Shown: positions 1 through 12,000 of the stretch, piece after piece
Layout of the letters: every line of letters begins with the position of its first letter
Numbering within the stretch: the first letter of the stretch is position 1
Assembly (NCBI RefSeq): GCF_036321535.1
Contig: NC_087462.1
Span: 9,610,001 to 9,674,000 of the forward strand
Direction of reading: 5' to 3'
DNA from: Camelus dromedarius
Lineage: Eukaryota
DNA length: 64,000 nucleotides
Notes under the pieces: generated by a model
Seen by the model: the letters and a program-made list of their open reading frames with translations, nothing else
Database searches by the model: none
Told to the model about the DNA's origin: nothing
Translations under genes and position numbers: made by a program

Positions 1-49
1 TGGCAGAAACACTCACTCGGATTCTCCTTTCTCGGCCAAAATCACCCAG

Positions 50-3000
50 GATTTCACAGAGCAGTTCCAGGTGCTGCTGCCCAAGAACGCCCAGCCCTGC
101 AGGGAGGTCATCTCTGCCCTGCTGGAGAAGATGGACATAGACAAGAGGAGCTACCAGATCGGCAAGACCAAGGTCAGCACTCGGGCCCCTCAGGGTGGCT
201 GCCAACTTGGACCCCACCTTCCACTGCACCCATGGCCCAAGCCACTCGCTGAAAAATAAGTGGTTCTGCTGGGGAATTGCCTTTCCTGGGGCATGTTCTT
301 TCTTCCTGGAAGGCAGAGGAGCACACCTGAGGTGTGAGGGGCTCGGGCATCAGGCCTGTTTCTCGTTTTCTCGCATGTAGAAGGGACGATCACACCATAG
401 CACGGGGTGTTCAGGGGCCAGTCAGTAACCATTGCAGTCTTTGGAGCTCCGCACCAGGGCTTTACCTGATAGGAAAAGTCCCCTCACAGCCCCTCAACAA
501 GTTAATCATGAGTTACCATGTGACCTAGCAATTCCACGCCTAGGTATCGCCCCAAAAGAACTTTGAAAACAGGTGCAAACATGTACATTCATAGCGGCAC
601 TAGTCACAATTGCCAAAAGGTAGAAACCACCCACGTATCCGTCAGCAGATGACGGATAAACAAAATGTGGGCCATTCACATGATGGAACATTACTCAGCC
701 CTGATACATGTTTATGTGGATGAACCTTGAAAACATTACGCTGAGTGAAAGAAGCCAGACCCAAAGGGCACCTAGTGTGTGATCCCATCTAAATGAAATG
801 TCCAGAGCGGGGAAATCCATAGAGACAGAAAGCAGATTAGGGGTTGCCAGGGGTTGGGAGATGGGGATTAGGAAGTGACTGCTAGTAGATTCAGAGTTTC
901 CCTTGGAGTGATGAAAACGTACCAGAGCTAGGTAGAGGTAATGGTTTCACAATGTTGTGACTGCACTAAATGCCACTGAATTGTTCACTTTAAACGGTTA
1001 ATTTTAGGTTATGGGAATTATATCTAAATATATATATATTTAAAAAAAAAAAAAAAAGCTCCCCTTGGTCAGGCCAGTCAGCACGCCAGCTTGGCCTCAC
1101 TCGTGCCCAGGGCGGGCTGGGCAGACCTCCTGAGTACAGGGGTCCTGGGGCCATGCTGACCTGCCTGCACGCTGCCACCAGGTTTTCCTGAAGGAGACAG
1201 AGCGGCAGGCCCTGCAGGAGACACTGCACCGGGAGGTAGTGCGCAAGATCCTGCTCCTGCAGAGCTGGTTCCGGATGGTGCTGGAGCGCAGGCACTTCCT
1301 GCAGATGAGGCGGGCAGCTGTCACCATCCAGGTACAGGGAGGGCCCCAAGGGGCCAGGGCTGGAGGTGGCTAGGGTCACACGTGCCCGGCCCCTGAATGC
1401 CCGCTCCACTCTCAGGCCTGCTGGCGGTCCTACCGCGTCCGCCGGGCACTGGAGAGGACGCAGGCGGCAGTGTACCTCCAGGCTGCGTGGAGGGGCTACC
1501 AGCAGCGAGTAGCCTACCGGCGCCAGAGACAGAGCATCATCCGCCTGCAGAGCCTCTGCCGGGGTCACCTGCAGCGCAAGAGGTGAGCAGAACAGGGCTG
1601 AACTCCCTGCCCCCCAGAACACTGCCCCCACCTGAGAGCTGCCCGAGATACCATCCAGCCAGTGGAGCTGTCAGGATGTCACTCTGGACGCAGGGAGGCT
1701 GAGCAGGGGCCGGCAGACATCTCACCATCTGGGTGCATGGGACCCTAGAAAGACGATCAGGGCCAGTAGGCGGCACCTACTGCCAAAACCCCAAGTCGCC
1801 ATCGGTGTCACTCAGTCTTTGCCAGGGACATTACCACCCCCTGCCGCCCCACTACACCTGCCCACCCTGGGCCAGTTGGTGGAGCACCTGGATTCAGAGC
1901 TGGAGGACTCTGGCCAATGGGACCAGCCCTCAGCGGGCTCCCCTCACCCCACACTCACACATGAAGCTCAGGCAACCACCATACAAGGAACCCCAAAGGA
2001 ATTCAGGGGTTTCTTAACAGATCCCTCCCACAACAGACCCAATAAACCAGCCCGGCAGAGGTGGCTCTGACAACAGGAGGCCCCTCCCTGTATCCCCCTG
2101 CCCTGGCTGAGGAGGTGTCGCCTTTCCAGAAGCATCTCTGAGGGCTGGGGTCTCGCCTCTTGGCAGAGGTGGAGCCTTCCCTCACCCCCGCCCCCCGCAG
2201 ATGGCACAGGGGTCCCCAACACCCTAGGTGGATTCTGGCGGAGGCGCGCACTTTTGTTCCTGAACCCACCCCTTCTGCTTTCCTTATGCCAGCTTCAGCC
2301 AGATGGTGGCGGAGAAGCAGAAGGCTGCAGAGAAGGAGAGGGAGACCCAGCAAGCCGCAGCGAGGGAGAAGACCGCCGAGGCCGGGCTGGGCCAGGCAGT
2401 CAGGCAGGAGCCCGCGCAGGGCCCAGAACTGTCGGAGGACCGTGAGCCGGTGGCGCAGGGCCCAGAACTGTCAGAGGACCGCGAGCTGGTGGCGCAGGGC
2501 CCAGAAATGTCGGAGGACCGCAAGCCGGTGGTGCCGGAGCCCGAGGCATGGCCCAGCGATGGGACCCTGGGGGAGAGCTTCCAATCCGAGAAGATCCCGA
2601 GCCCGGAGAAGGAGGCCCCAAGCTCGGAGAAGGAGGTCCCGAGCCCAGAGAAGCCGCTTCCACCCCAGAGGAGCGCAGCCGAAAGTCACGAGAAAGTGCC
2701 CAGCAGCCGGGAAAAGCGCGAGTCGAGGCGTCAGAGGGGGCTGGAGCACGTTAAGCTCCAGAACAAACACGTCCAGTCCTACAAGGAAGAGCACGCCCTC
2801 CGAGAACCTTCCAGGAGGGCTGCCCCAGAGCACGAGGAGAGCCACCCAGAAAACAGAAAGGAGAGCAGAGAAGATGAAACCCCTCCAGAAGCAGGGACGG
2901 AGACTGAGATCGCTTCTCCTAAAAAGCAGCCCACAGGGCCCCCACAAGCCATGCCAGGCAGCCAGGTCTTGGAGGAAGCCCAGGGCAGGAGCCCCGGGCC

Positions 3001-6000
3001 CGGCCACCTGGAACGGCCCACCAGCCTGGCTCTGGACAGCAGGGTCAGCATGCTGGTCCCCAGTGCCACCCCAGAGACTCCCAAGGACAAAGGCAAGCTG
3101 GGGGTCAGCCCGAGAGCCCAGGACAGGCCTGAGAGCCCTGGAGGTGCCACCCAGATCCAGCGGTACCGAGACTCAGATGCCGAGCGGCTGGCCAACGCCG
3201 TGGAGCTGTGGCGGGGCAAGAAACTGATGACCGCTGGCCCTAGCGCCATGCTGAGCCAGTCCCTGGACCTCAGTGAGCGGCACCGGGCCATCGGGCCTGC
3301 CCTCACACCCACAGAGTAAGCCCCACACGCGACTTTGTCTGAGGGCTGGGGTGGGCGGACAGGTTGCAGGGACGCACAGCCAAAGACTGGCAGCAGGACC
3401 AGGGCAGCACCATGCATCCCGTAAGCACCTAAGTAGCTCGGTGCCTGAGAGCTGACCACAGGTGTGCGGGAGCCCCAAAGAAGGAAGACAGGAGGTGGGG
3501 TAGGGGGAGGTTTTGGGGAAGGTGAGGCCAAAACAAGCCCTGTTCACACAAAAAGCCTCCAGCCTGGTGGGAGGTGGGCCCTCAGGTTGAGGCCCTCCCC
3601 TCCCCAGCCTGCCTGGGCCTCAGTTTCCTCATCAGTAAGTTGGGGTGACAGCACTCACCCAGGTTGAAGTAGCAGCTCTCGACACACTTTGCCGAAGCCC
3701 TAGTTAGCTAAATATCAGTGACTCTGAATCCCTAGCCCCTTATCTGTCCCAGGGGCCTGCTTGTCCAAAGGAAAGAAGAATTGGAAAAGATGCAGGCCTT
3801 CTGCTAGGGCAGGCTTTCTCAGCCTCAGCACGGCAGACCCGCGGGGCCGGCTTATCCTCTGTGGTGGAGGCCGTCCTGGGCTCTGTGGGGTGCAGAGCAG
3901 CATCCCTGATTTCCTCCCACCAGATGCCCATAGCACCTCCCTCCCCCAAGTGCAGTCCCGACAACCCAAAATGTCTCCTACCACCCTCATCAGTAAAAGC
4001 CACATTTCTGTGATCTCGCAGGGAGAGGCGCATTTCCTTATCCACGAGTGACGTCTCCAAGCTCCTCCAGTCCCCATCCCAGACCAAGACTCAGGTAAAC
4101 GTTCAGGCTGCAGCGCTCACCCCTGAAGGTCCAAGTCCACTTCCGCCTCCACTGCCCTGGTGCCACCAGAAGGGAACAGTGGATAGAATACACAGTGGCA
4201 CCGGGACCCCCGCTTTCCCTCTAGTGAGGCCACCTGCCCTTGCTCACCCAGCCCTGCTCTCCTACAGCCTTCAGCCGAAACCGTGGATGGGGAGCCAGGC
4301 ACCAAGAAGCCAGCCATCCAGAAGAAGAAGTCAGGCGATGCATCCTCCGGCCCAGATGCAGGGCTGTCCCCAGTCTCTGCTGACTCTAAGTAGGTGTGGG
4401 CTTTGTGGTTGGGCTTGGGCCTCCAGAGGACACCCAGGGTGTCCAGGTCCTCCAGTCCCAGAACAGTCTGATCTCCTAAGCCAATGGCATTTACCAAGCT
4501 CAGTCGGGCAGGCATTTGCTCAACAGTTCCGTGAAGAGAAACCCAGAGCCCGGGTTGTGGCCGCATCAGGGTGAAATGATTCCCACTGAAGCCTTGAGAC
4601 AGCCTGGGTCACCTCCTCTCAGTCCACAGACCTGGGAACCCCTCCTGGGTCCTTACGTAGCAAAATCTGTGCCAAGGCTCTGTCCCCAGAAAGCCCCTGC
4701 CAAAGTGCTCTGGACGGTTCACAGAGCAGAGAGGTGAGGCCATGGGACAGGGGAGCTGTGACTCAAACATGGGACAGCAGCCTGAGGAATGTGATGAACA
4801 GGCTGTGGTGAGAGGCAAACGAGGTGGCTTCAAACAATATAGATTGACTCTCACAGTTCTGGAGGCCAGCGGTGTGAGATCAAGGTATAGGCAGGGCCGT
4901 GTCTCCCTCTAGAGGCTCTTGGAGGTTCCAGGTGTTCCTTGGCATGTGGCCACATCCTCCCAGTCTCAGCCTCTGTCTTCACATGGCGTTCTTCTCTTCT
5001 CTGTGTCTTCTCTTTTTCTGTCTCTTATAAAGACACTTGTCATTGGACTTAGAGCCCATCCAGGATGATTGAGAATCTTGAGATCCTTCACTCAGTGTCT
5101 TAGTCCATTCAAGCTGCTGTAACACAATACCACCGACTGAACTAGAGGCTGGAAGTCCAAGATCAAGTTGCCAGCAGATGAGGTNNNNNNNNNNNNNNNN
5201 NNNNNNNNNNNNNNNNNNNNNNNNNNNNNNNNNNNNNNNNNNNNNNNNNNNNNNNNNNNNNNNNNNNNNNNNNNNNNNNNNNNNNNNNNNNNNNNNNNNN
5301 NNNNNNNNNNNNNNNNNNNNNNNNNNNNNNNNNNNNNNNTCACGTTGGGGGTTAGGCTTCAGCATACCAATTTGGGGCAGACACACACATTCAGTCCGTA
5401 GCATTTAGTCATATCTCCAAAGACCCTTTTCCCAAATAAGATCACGCTCATAGGCCCTGAGGCTCAACACAGACATCTCTTCTGGGGGACCACCATGCAC
5501 CCCACTACATACCCAGTATCCACAGCACACGATTTGGTGTTTATTCTTCCTGGGTTTTTTCCCCTAACCTTGTGCCCATAAAAACATCTCGCGGGGAGCG
5601 GGGTGGCGGGTATAGCTTAGTGGTAGAGCACATGCTCGATGTGCATGAAGTCCTGGGTTCAATCCCCAGTTCCTCTGTTAAGGGGGGAAAACTTTGGGGG
5701 GGGGCAGGGAGTAATTTTTTTAGATATATGAGAATGGGGTTCTGCCTGACATCTGCCCAGCCTCTTGCCCCTTCATGTGACTCCAGCTCCACCTTCTTTG
5801 CAGTAGCACCCTATCCCGATAACCAACAAAGGGGCCATTTCTCTTTACAGTAAGTTGACACCCTTCCTTTGGCCTCACGTCTGCTTTCATTTCCTGAGGC
5901 TTAAGGCTTACTTTCTCCTACAGATCCACATTTAAGAGACTTTTCCTGCATAAGAACAAGGATAAGAAATACAGCCTGGAGGGCGCAGAGGAGATGGAGA

Positions 6001-9000
6001 ACACAGCACCTGCGCACGTCGTGCTGGAAGCCACCACCATGAAGAAGAACCTAGAAGGTGGGTCGCCCGCAGCCTCAGGGACAGACAGCAGAGCCACCGG
6101 GGCCCCTGAGGACCATCCCCAGATGCAGCCTTAAGTCAGTAGCTGTGGGCCCAGCCCCAGTCACAGGCTTCAGGGCTGGTCCCCACCCCCAGAGGTACTT
6201 TCTGGCCACTGATCTCTATGTGTGGCGGGGCCCAGCCCACGCCCCAGAGGCCAACCCACATCCTCCCCAGGAACCAGCTCTTACCAGCTCTCCTTCCCCT
6301 CAACAGCCCCCTCCGGCTACCAGCACCGCCACACCTTGGGCGAGAAGCACACCAAGGAGCCAGGAGGCAAAGGGAAGAAGAACCGAAACCTCAAGATCGG
6401 TAAAATCACGGTGTCAGAGAAGTGGCGGGAGTCGGTGTTCCGCCAGATCACCAACGCCAACGAGCTCAAGTACCTCGACGAGTTCCTGCTCAACAAGGTG
6501 GGCCGCCCGGGCCGGGCCTGGGTGCTGGGGGGGCAGGGCTCAGGCAGAGCAGCCCCGAGGCCCTCCCAGAGGGCCATCACAACCTGGCAGGGCTTTCCCA
6601 ACCGTCACACCAAAATCCTTACCTGGCGGGAACAGAAAGTCCAGGTCCACAGTTGGCACATGTGGCAAGTTCTGGGAATATCGAGATGCTGGTTCCTAAG
6701 TTTGGCATCAGCTGGCTTTCTGCAAAACCCGGCCAGGGTTCATGATCACTTGTAGCCGACATTAATCTTGCTTGGTGAGGATACTTCTATTTCACTGCAG
6801 AATGTGTGTCTTATCACGGGGGCTGCACAGAACATGTGAGACTGTCCCAGCCGAAGTTGGGACTCGCCCCATCGGACTTGTCTAGCGCATGCCAGCAAGT
6901 CACACGTGGGTTGGGCGCCCAGCAGACGCATTTTTTAGAGGTTTTTGCTTTATTTATTTTAACTTTTTTTATTGTTCTTTTTTTTTTTTTGAATGGAGGT
7001 ACACTGGGGATGGGGATTGAACCCAGGACCTCGTGCATGCTAAGCACACACTCTACCACTGAGCTACACTCTCCTCGCAGCAGAAGCATTTTATCCGGCG
7101 GTTCCTTCCCAGGAAGTTTGAGTTGTGCTGTTGAACGCACTCAGTGTGCCGTCTCTCAGCACCCCTCTGGGCGGCTGCTCACTTTCTCCACATGAGGAAA
7201 CACTGGCATCCAGAATAACCCTCCCAGCAGGGCGCCGGACACACCCGCCTGCCCCCAGGCTGCCCCTCAGCCATGGCTGACCCAAAACAAATTCTTTTAT
7301 TTAGAATACACTTTTACAGGATACATTCTGTTCAAGGCAGTGATGGAGCACTTAACTGCAGCTGTGGCCTGCACTCAGGGTATTCGCAGTCCTGGCGGCA
7401 GGCAGCCCCACAGCAAACAGAGCGGCATTTGAGAGCTTCGGAGGGGGACAGTGGCAGGCTGACAGGGACAGTAAGGGTTAGGACACCCTTCAGAGGGTAG
7501 AAATGTGACGAAATGATCAGGCCATTTGAGGCAGCCCCAGTCCTGGGGTGCAGCCAGGTGTCGAGCACCTGTGAGGGACAGCAGGAAGGGCCCCAGTTAA
7601 ACCAGTGGTTCTCAACGATGGGTGAGCCTGCCCCCAGGGGACACTTGGCAACATCTGCAGACTTTTTGGAGCGCCACCAGCATCTGGTGTGTGGAGGTCA
7701 GGGGTGCTGCTCAGCACCCACAGTAAGTGACGCAGAGAGACCAGGGTTGGCAAGGGAGCCCAAATGTTTCCCTGCAGGCCCAGGACAGCCAGGGAGGGAC
7801 TCGGGACAGGGCAGAGCGGTGACCACCCAGATGCCCAGCCCAAGGCAATATGGGGTCAGCGCCTCTCCCTCCCTTTCCAGATAAACGACCTGCGTTCCCA
7901 GAAGTCTGCCATCGAGAGCTTGTTCATCGAAGCCACCGAGAAGTTCAGGAGCAACCTCAAGACCATGTACTCCGTCCCTGTACGTGGAGCCCCCAGCCAC
8001 AGGGAGGGTCTCCACGGCGACCCCCATGCCCTCCCCTGGGCACCTCCCCCGCGCTTCTGTCTGTCCCTTGGGGGTCACACCCTGCCTTCCTACAGAATGG
8101 GAAGATCCATGTCGGCTACAAGGACCTGATGGAGAACTACCAGATCGTCGTGAGCAACCTGGCGGCCGAGCGCGGTGAGAAGGACCCCAACCTGGTCCTC
8201 AACCTCTTCCAGTCGCTGCTGGACGAGTTCACCCGCGGGCACACCAAGAACGACTTCGAGCCTCCCAAGGTAGGTGTTGCCACTCCAGGCAAGGGTCCTA
8301 GCACCAGGGCGTTGCTGGGGTGGGGGCGTTCCTAGGGGCCCGCACAGACCTGGCGTTTTTGCTCCCTCACAGCAGAGCAAAGCGCAGAAGAAGAAACGAA
8401 AGCAGGAACGCGCTGTGAGTATGTGTGCGCACATGTGTGTGCACACAGGTATGAGCGTGTGTGTGTGTGTGTGCACGTGCATGTGGGTGAGCGTGTTTTC
8501 CTGCCCAGCCTGTCATGAGTGAGTGGCCCCTGGTCCTGAGATGCCGCAGGCCCTGAGTGGCCCCTGGGCCACCCCACTGGGGGTCCACCTTCCCCACTTG
8601 GCTCCCTCCTCCACTGCTCCAGGTCCAGCAGCACAATGGGCATGTGTTTGCCAGCTACCAGGTGAGCATCCCGCAGTCGTGCGAGCAGTGTCTCTCCTAC
8701 ATCTGGCTCATGGACAAGGCCCTGCTGTGCAGTGGTGAGTGCCCCTCCCCGACCCCTGATCACCCACCATGCCCCCGATCTCCCCACCCCCCGAGCCTTC
8801 AGCAACGCCTCCACTCCCTACTGTGACTTCTGATCTTCCACCAAACCTAACCCACCATGCCCCCAACTCCCCACTGCACTCTCTGATCCCTCCTACCCCC
8901 AGCCCTGACTCCCACCCCACACTCCCTGACCCCCCACCATGTCCCCAGCTCCTCATCATGCACTGGGGCCTTCACCCCAGCTAAGGGCAGATCTTTCCAG

Positions 9001-12000
9001 AATACTGCCCTACTCACTCAAATCTCGCACAGTCATCTTGGGGCAGGGCTGGGTTTTCAACTAACCCTGAGGCCCTCACCCAACTCTGCAGCCTCCGTTC
9101 TACATGCATCCCTGGGAAGGTCACCCTGTGTCCTACGTCCCAGCCTTTGTTCACACTGCTCCTGCAACCTGAACTGCCGGCCCCTGCCCCATGTGCCAGG
9201 CAAGGCCAGTCAGTCCCCACAGGGACCTCAAGAGGCAGGTGCAGCCCATGATGACCCAACTGGCCCACAGTCAGGCAGCCAGGAGGTGGCCAAACTCAGA
9301 TGGGAACCAGCAGCCCCCAGAGGCCCAGGCTGGGTCAAGCAGGCCTCTGGCCCATCTGTTTTCCTGCCAGGACCAGTCAGGGCTGACTCTTTTTTTTATC
9401 AGGCCAGAGTAACCTCCTCTCCCCTTGGCGGGCTGTGAGGAGCAGCCCGCCATGTCACATCCATCATAACTACCCAGGCAGTTGTCACTGTCCTGAGACA
9501 GAGGGACAGGCAGCCACTGGAACCTGGGGTCCCTGATGTGCTGCTGGTGACCACCCTCTTCCCCTCTCAACCGTGATTTCCTAGTGTGCAAGATGACCTG
9601 CCACAAGAAGTGTGTGCACAAGATTCAGACCTACTGCTCTTACACAAGTGGGAAGAAGGTGAGCCCGCTGAGGCTAGGAACTTTCCAGAACCCCTGGGGG
9701 AGGCCATTCTGAGAGACTTGGAAGAGAGTGTGCTGGGTACAAAGCCAAAGCTAGGTGTCAGGTGGGAACAGGGAGCTGGCAGGAGGGACTGGTCCCGCAG
9801 CAGAGCATACCCCCATCCTGTTGGAGCTCTAAGAGGCCCCCCAGGGCAGGGGCCAGGCTTGTGTGTGCACCTCAGACCCTGGCCCTGCTCCTCCCTCCTC
9901 CAAGTGGAGGGAAGCCCCCCAACCCTGCACATCAGGGAAGTGGGGTTCTGAGTGCACAGGCTGCAGCATGAGCCGGGTTTCGCTGCTCCAAGGGAGCTGT
10001 GGGTCTTCACGTAGGGACCCACTGCCAGTGGCCATCAAGCAACCTCCACAGCTTGGCACCCCTGGCAGCTGTGCCAGAGAGGGACAGAGGCCACAGAGGA
10101 GGCCTGGGGGGTGACAGGGAGGACAGCCAGCCCAGGCCTGACCCCTACCTGGATCCCCGTCATTGCAGATCGAGCCAGGCACTGAGCCAGGCCACTTTGG
10201 CGTCTGCGTGGATAGCCTGACCAGCGACAAAGTCTCGGTGCCCATCGTGCTGGAGAAGCTCCTAGAACACGTGGAGATGCACGGCTTGTACACTGAGGGC
10301 CTCTACCGCAAGTCAGGGGCCGCCAACCGCACGAGGGAGCTCCGGCAGGCGCTGCAGACGGGTGGGTGCTGTGGGACATAGGGGCTGTGAACGGGTAGGT
10401 GCAAAGGGCCAGTGGACACCGCGTAGGGCTCAAAGCTCAGCCCTCCTGCCTTCACTGTGCTCACTGGGCCCCCGCCCTCCCGACAGACCCCACAGCAGTC
10501 AAACTGGAGAACTTTCCCATCCACGCCATCACCGGGGTGCTCAAGCAGTGGCTGCGGGAGCTGCCCGAGCCCCTCATGACCTTTGCCCAGTACGGAGACT
10601 TCCTCCGCGCTGTTGGTGAGTCCCACAGCTGTGGCAAGGGTGGCGTGAGGCAGCGGTTGGGGATCAGAGCCTCATGCATTTGCTGTGGCCAGTCGGGGAG
10701 GAGGGATCCTGGTCACAGCTGAGAAATTGAGCCCCGGGCTGGGGCCAGGACCCCTCTGTGGCCTTGCATTCTTGCCCCACACCATGGGAGGTTCCTCAGT
10801 GCCCTGAGGCCCGTCGAGGTGGGGCCTGCGGGGAGCTGACACCCTGGGCCCTCCTAGAGCTGCCAGAGAAGCAGGAGCAGCTGGCCGCCATCTACGCTGT
10901 CCTGGAGCACCTGCCAGAGGCCAACCATAACTCCCTGGAACGGCTCATCTTCCACCTGGTCAAGCAAGTGCCTGCCCCGCTGCTGCCTACTCTCTGTGGG
11001 GGGCTGGCGTCCCAGAGGGAGCCCCACCACCACATTCTCTAGGCTGGTGTTCTCTGGTGGCTCCACACCAGGGCATGAGTCCGTTTTGGGGGGTTCCAGG
11101 AGGGGGCCCCAGCTTCTTTGTGGCACCTCTCCGTCCTGCAGAAGCGAGCATTTCTTACCTCCCGGCTACAGTAACCCCTGGGCTCTGGACTCTGGTCTTG
11201 GGGCTCCCTTTTCACCCCCTGACTAACACCTGCTGCACAGGGTGGCCCTGCTCGAGGACGTGAACCGCATGTCACCCAGTGCACTAGCCATCATCTTCGC
11301 ACCCTGCCTCCTGCGCTGCCCTGACAACTCGGACCCCCTGACCAGCATGAAGGACGTCCTCAAGATCACCACGTGAGTACCAGGACCAGTGGGCCCCCCG
11401 CCCCCACCATGTGCTCAGGGCAGCCCCGCCAGGGACCCCACAACTAAACAGGAGAGCCTGCTCCAGAATCCTAGGACGGCTTAGCCTCAGTAGTGTGTCA
11501 GTGTGCCTGCAGACAAAAGTCTGGAAGAACAAACCAGGTCACAACGGCCCGAGCAGGTGTCCTGAGCACTGGGGTCCTAAGTGGACTTCATTTGGTCTCT
11601 CTAGTTTTCTTTTCTAATGAGCATCGTGACTTTTGTACTAAAACAGAACTTCTAGCAAAGTCCAGAGTCCCAGCGGCAAGCGGGACTCTTCTGACAGATG
11701 AGGGACAAGAGGCAGCCCAGCCTTATGGCCGCATCGTGGGGCACACGCACCCAGACCCAGGTGGAGACATGTCAGCATCTCTCCTCAGGCAGCAAGAATG
11801 TTACTTCCCAGTTCTTTTGAGGGTGAGGAGCAGACAGTGAAGCCAGCAGCCAACAGAAGCAATTGTCTCAAGGTGCTTTTTCCCCGTAAACGATCTTCAA
11901 AAGTTCTTCAAAAGAACTGAGGAGGAGGTCATCAGACATCAGTCACTAAGGCGGCATTGTTCAGGCTGCGATTTATAAAAATAAAACGTGTCGCCCTAGG

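Noticed and set aside
2414-2530. Regularly spaced repeats that might suggest a CRISPR-like array
   Set aside because: Head-to-tail coding tandem repeat with no spacers, in a mammalian exon.
990-3547. Long antisense ORFs (990-1631, 2471-3007, 2779-3531) and alternate-frame ORF 2160-3227
   Set aside because: Shadows of GC-rich MYO9B coding exons; no independent homology or splice structure.
5593-7075. Two tRNA-like sequences with A/B boxes
   Set aside because: No complete cloverleaf or acceptor stem; A-rich tail and divergence indicate SINEs, not tRNA genes.
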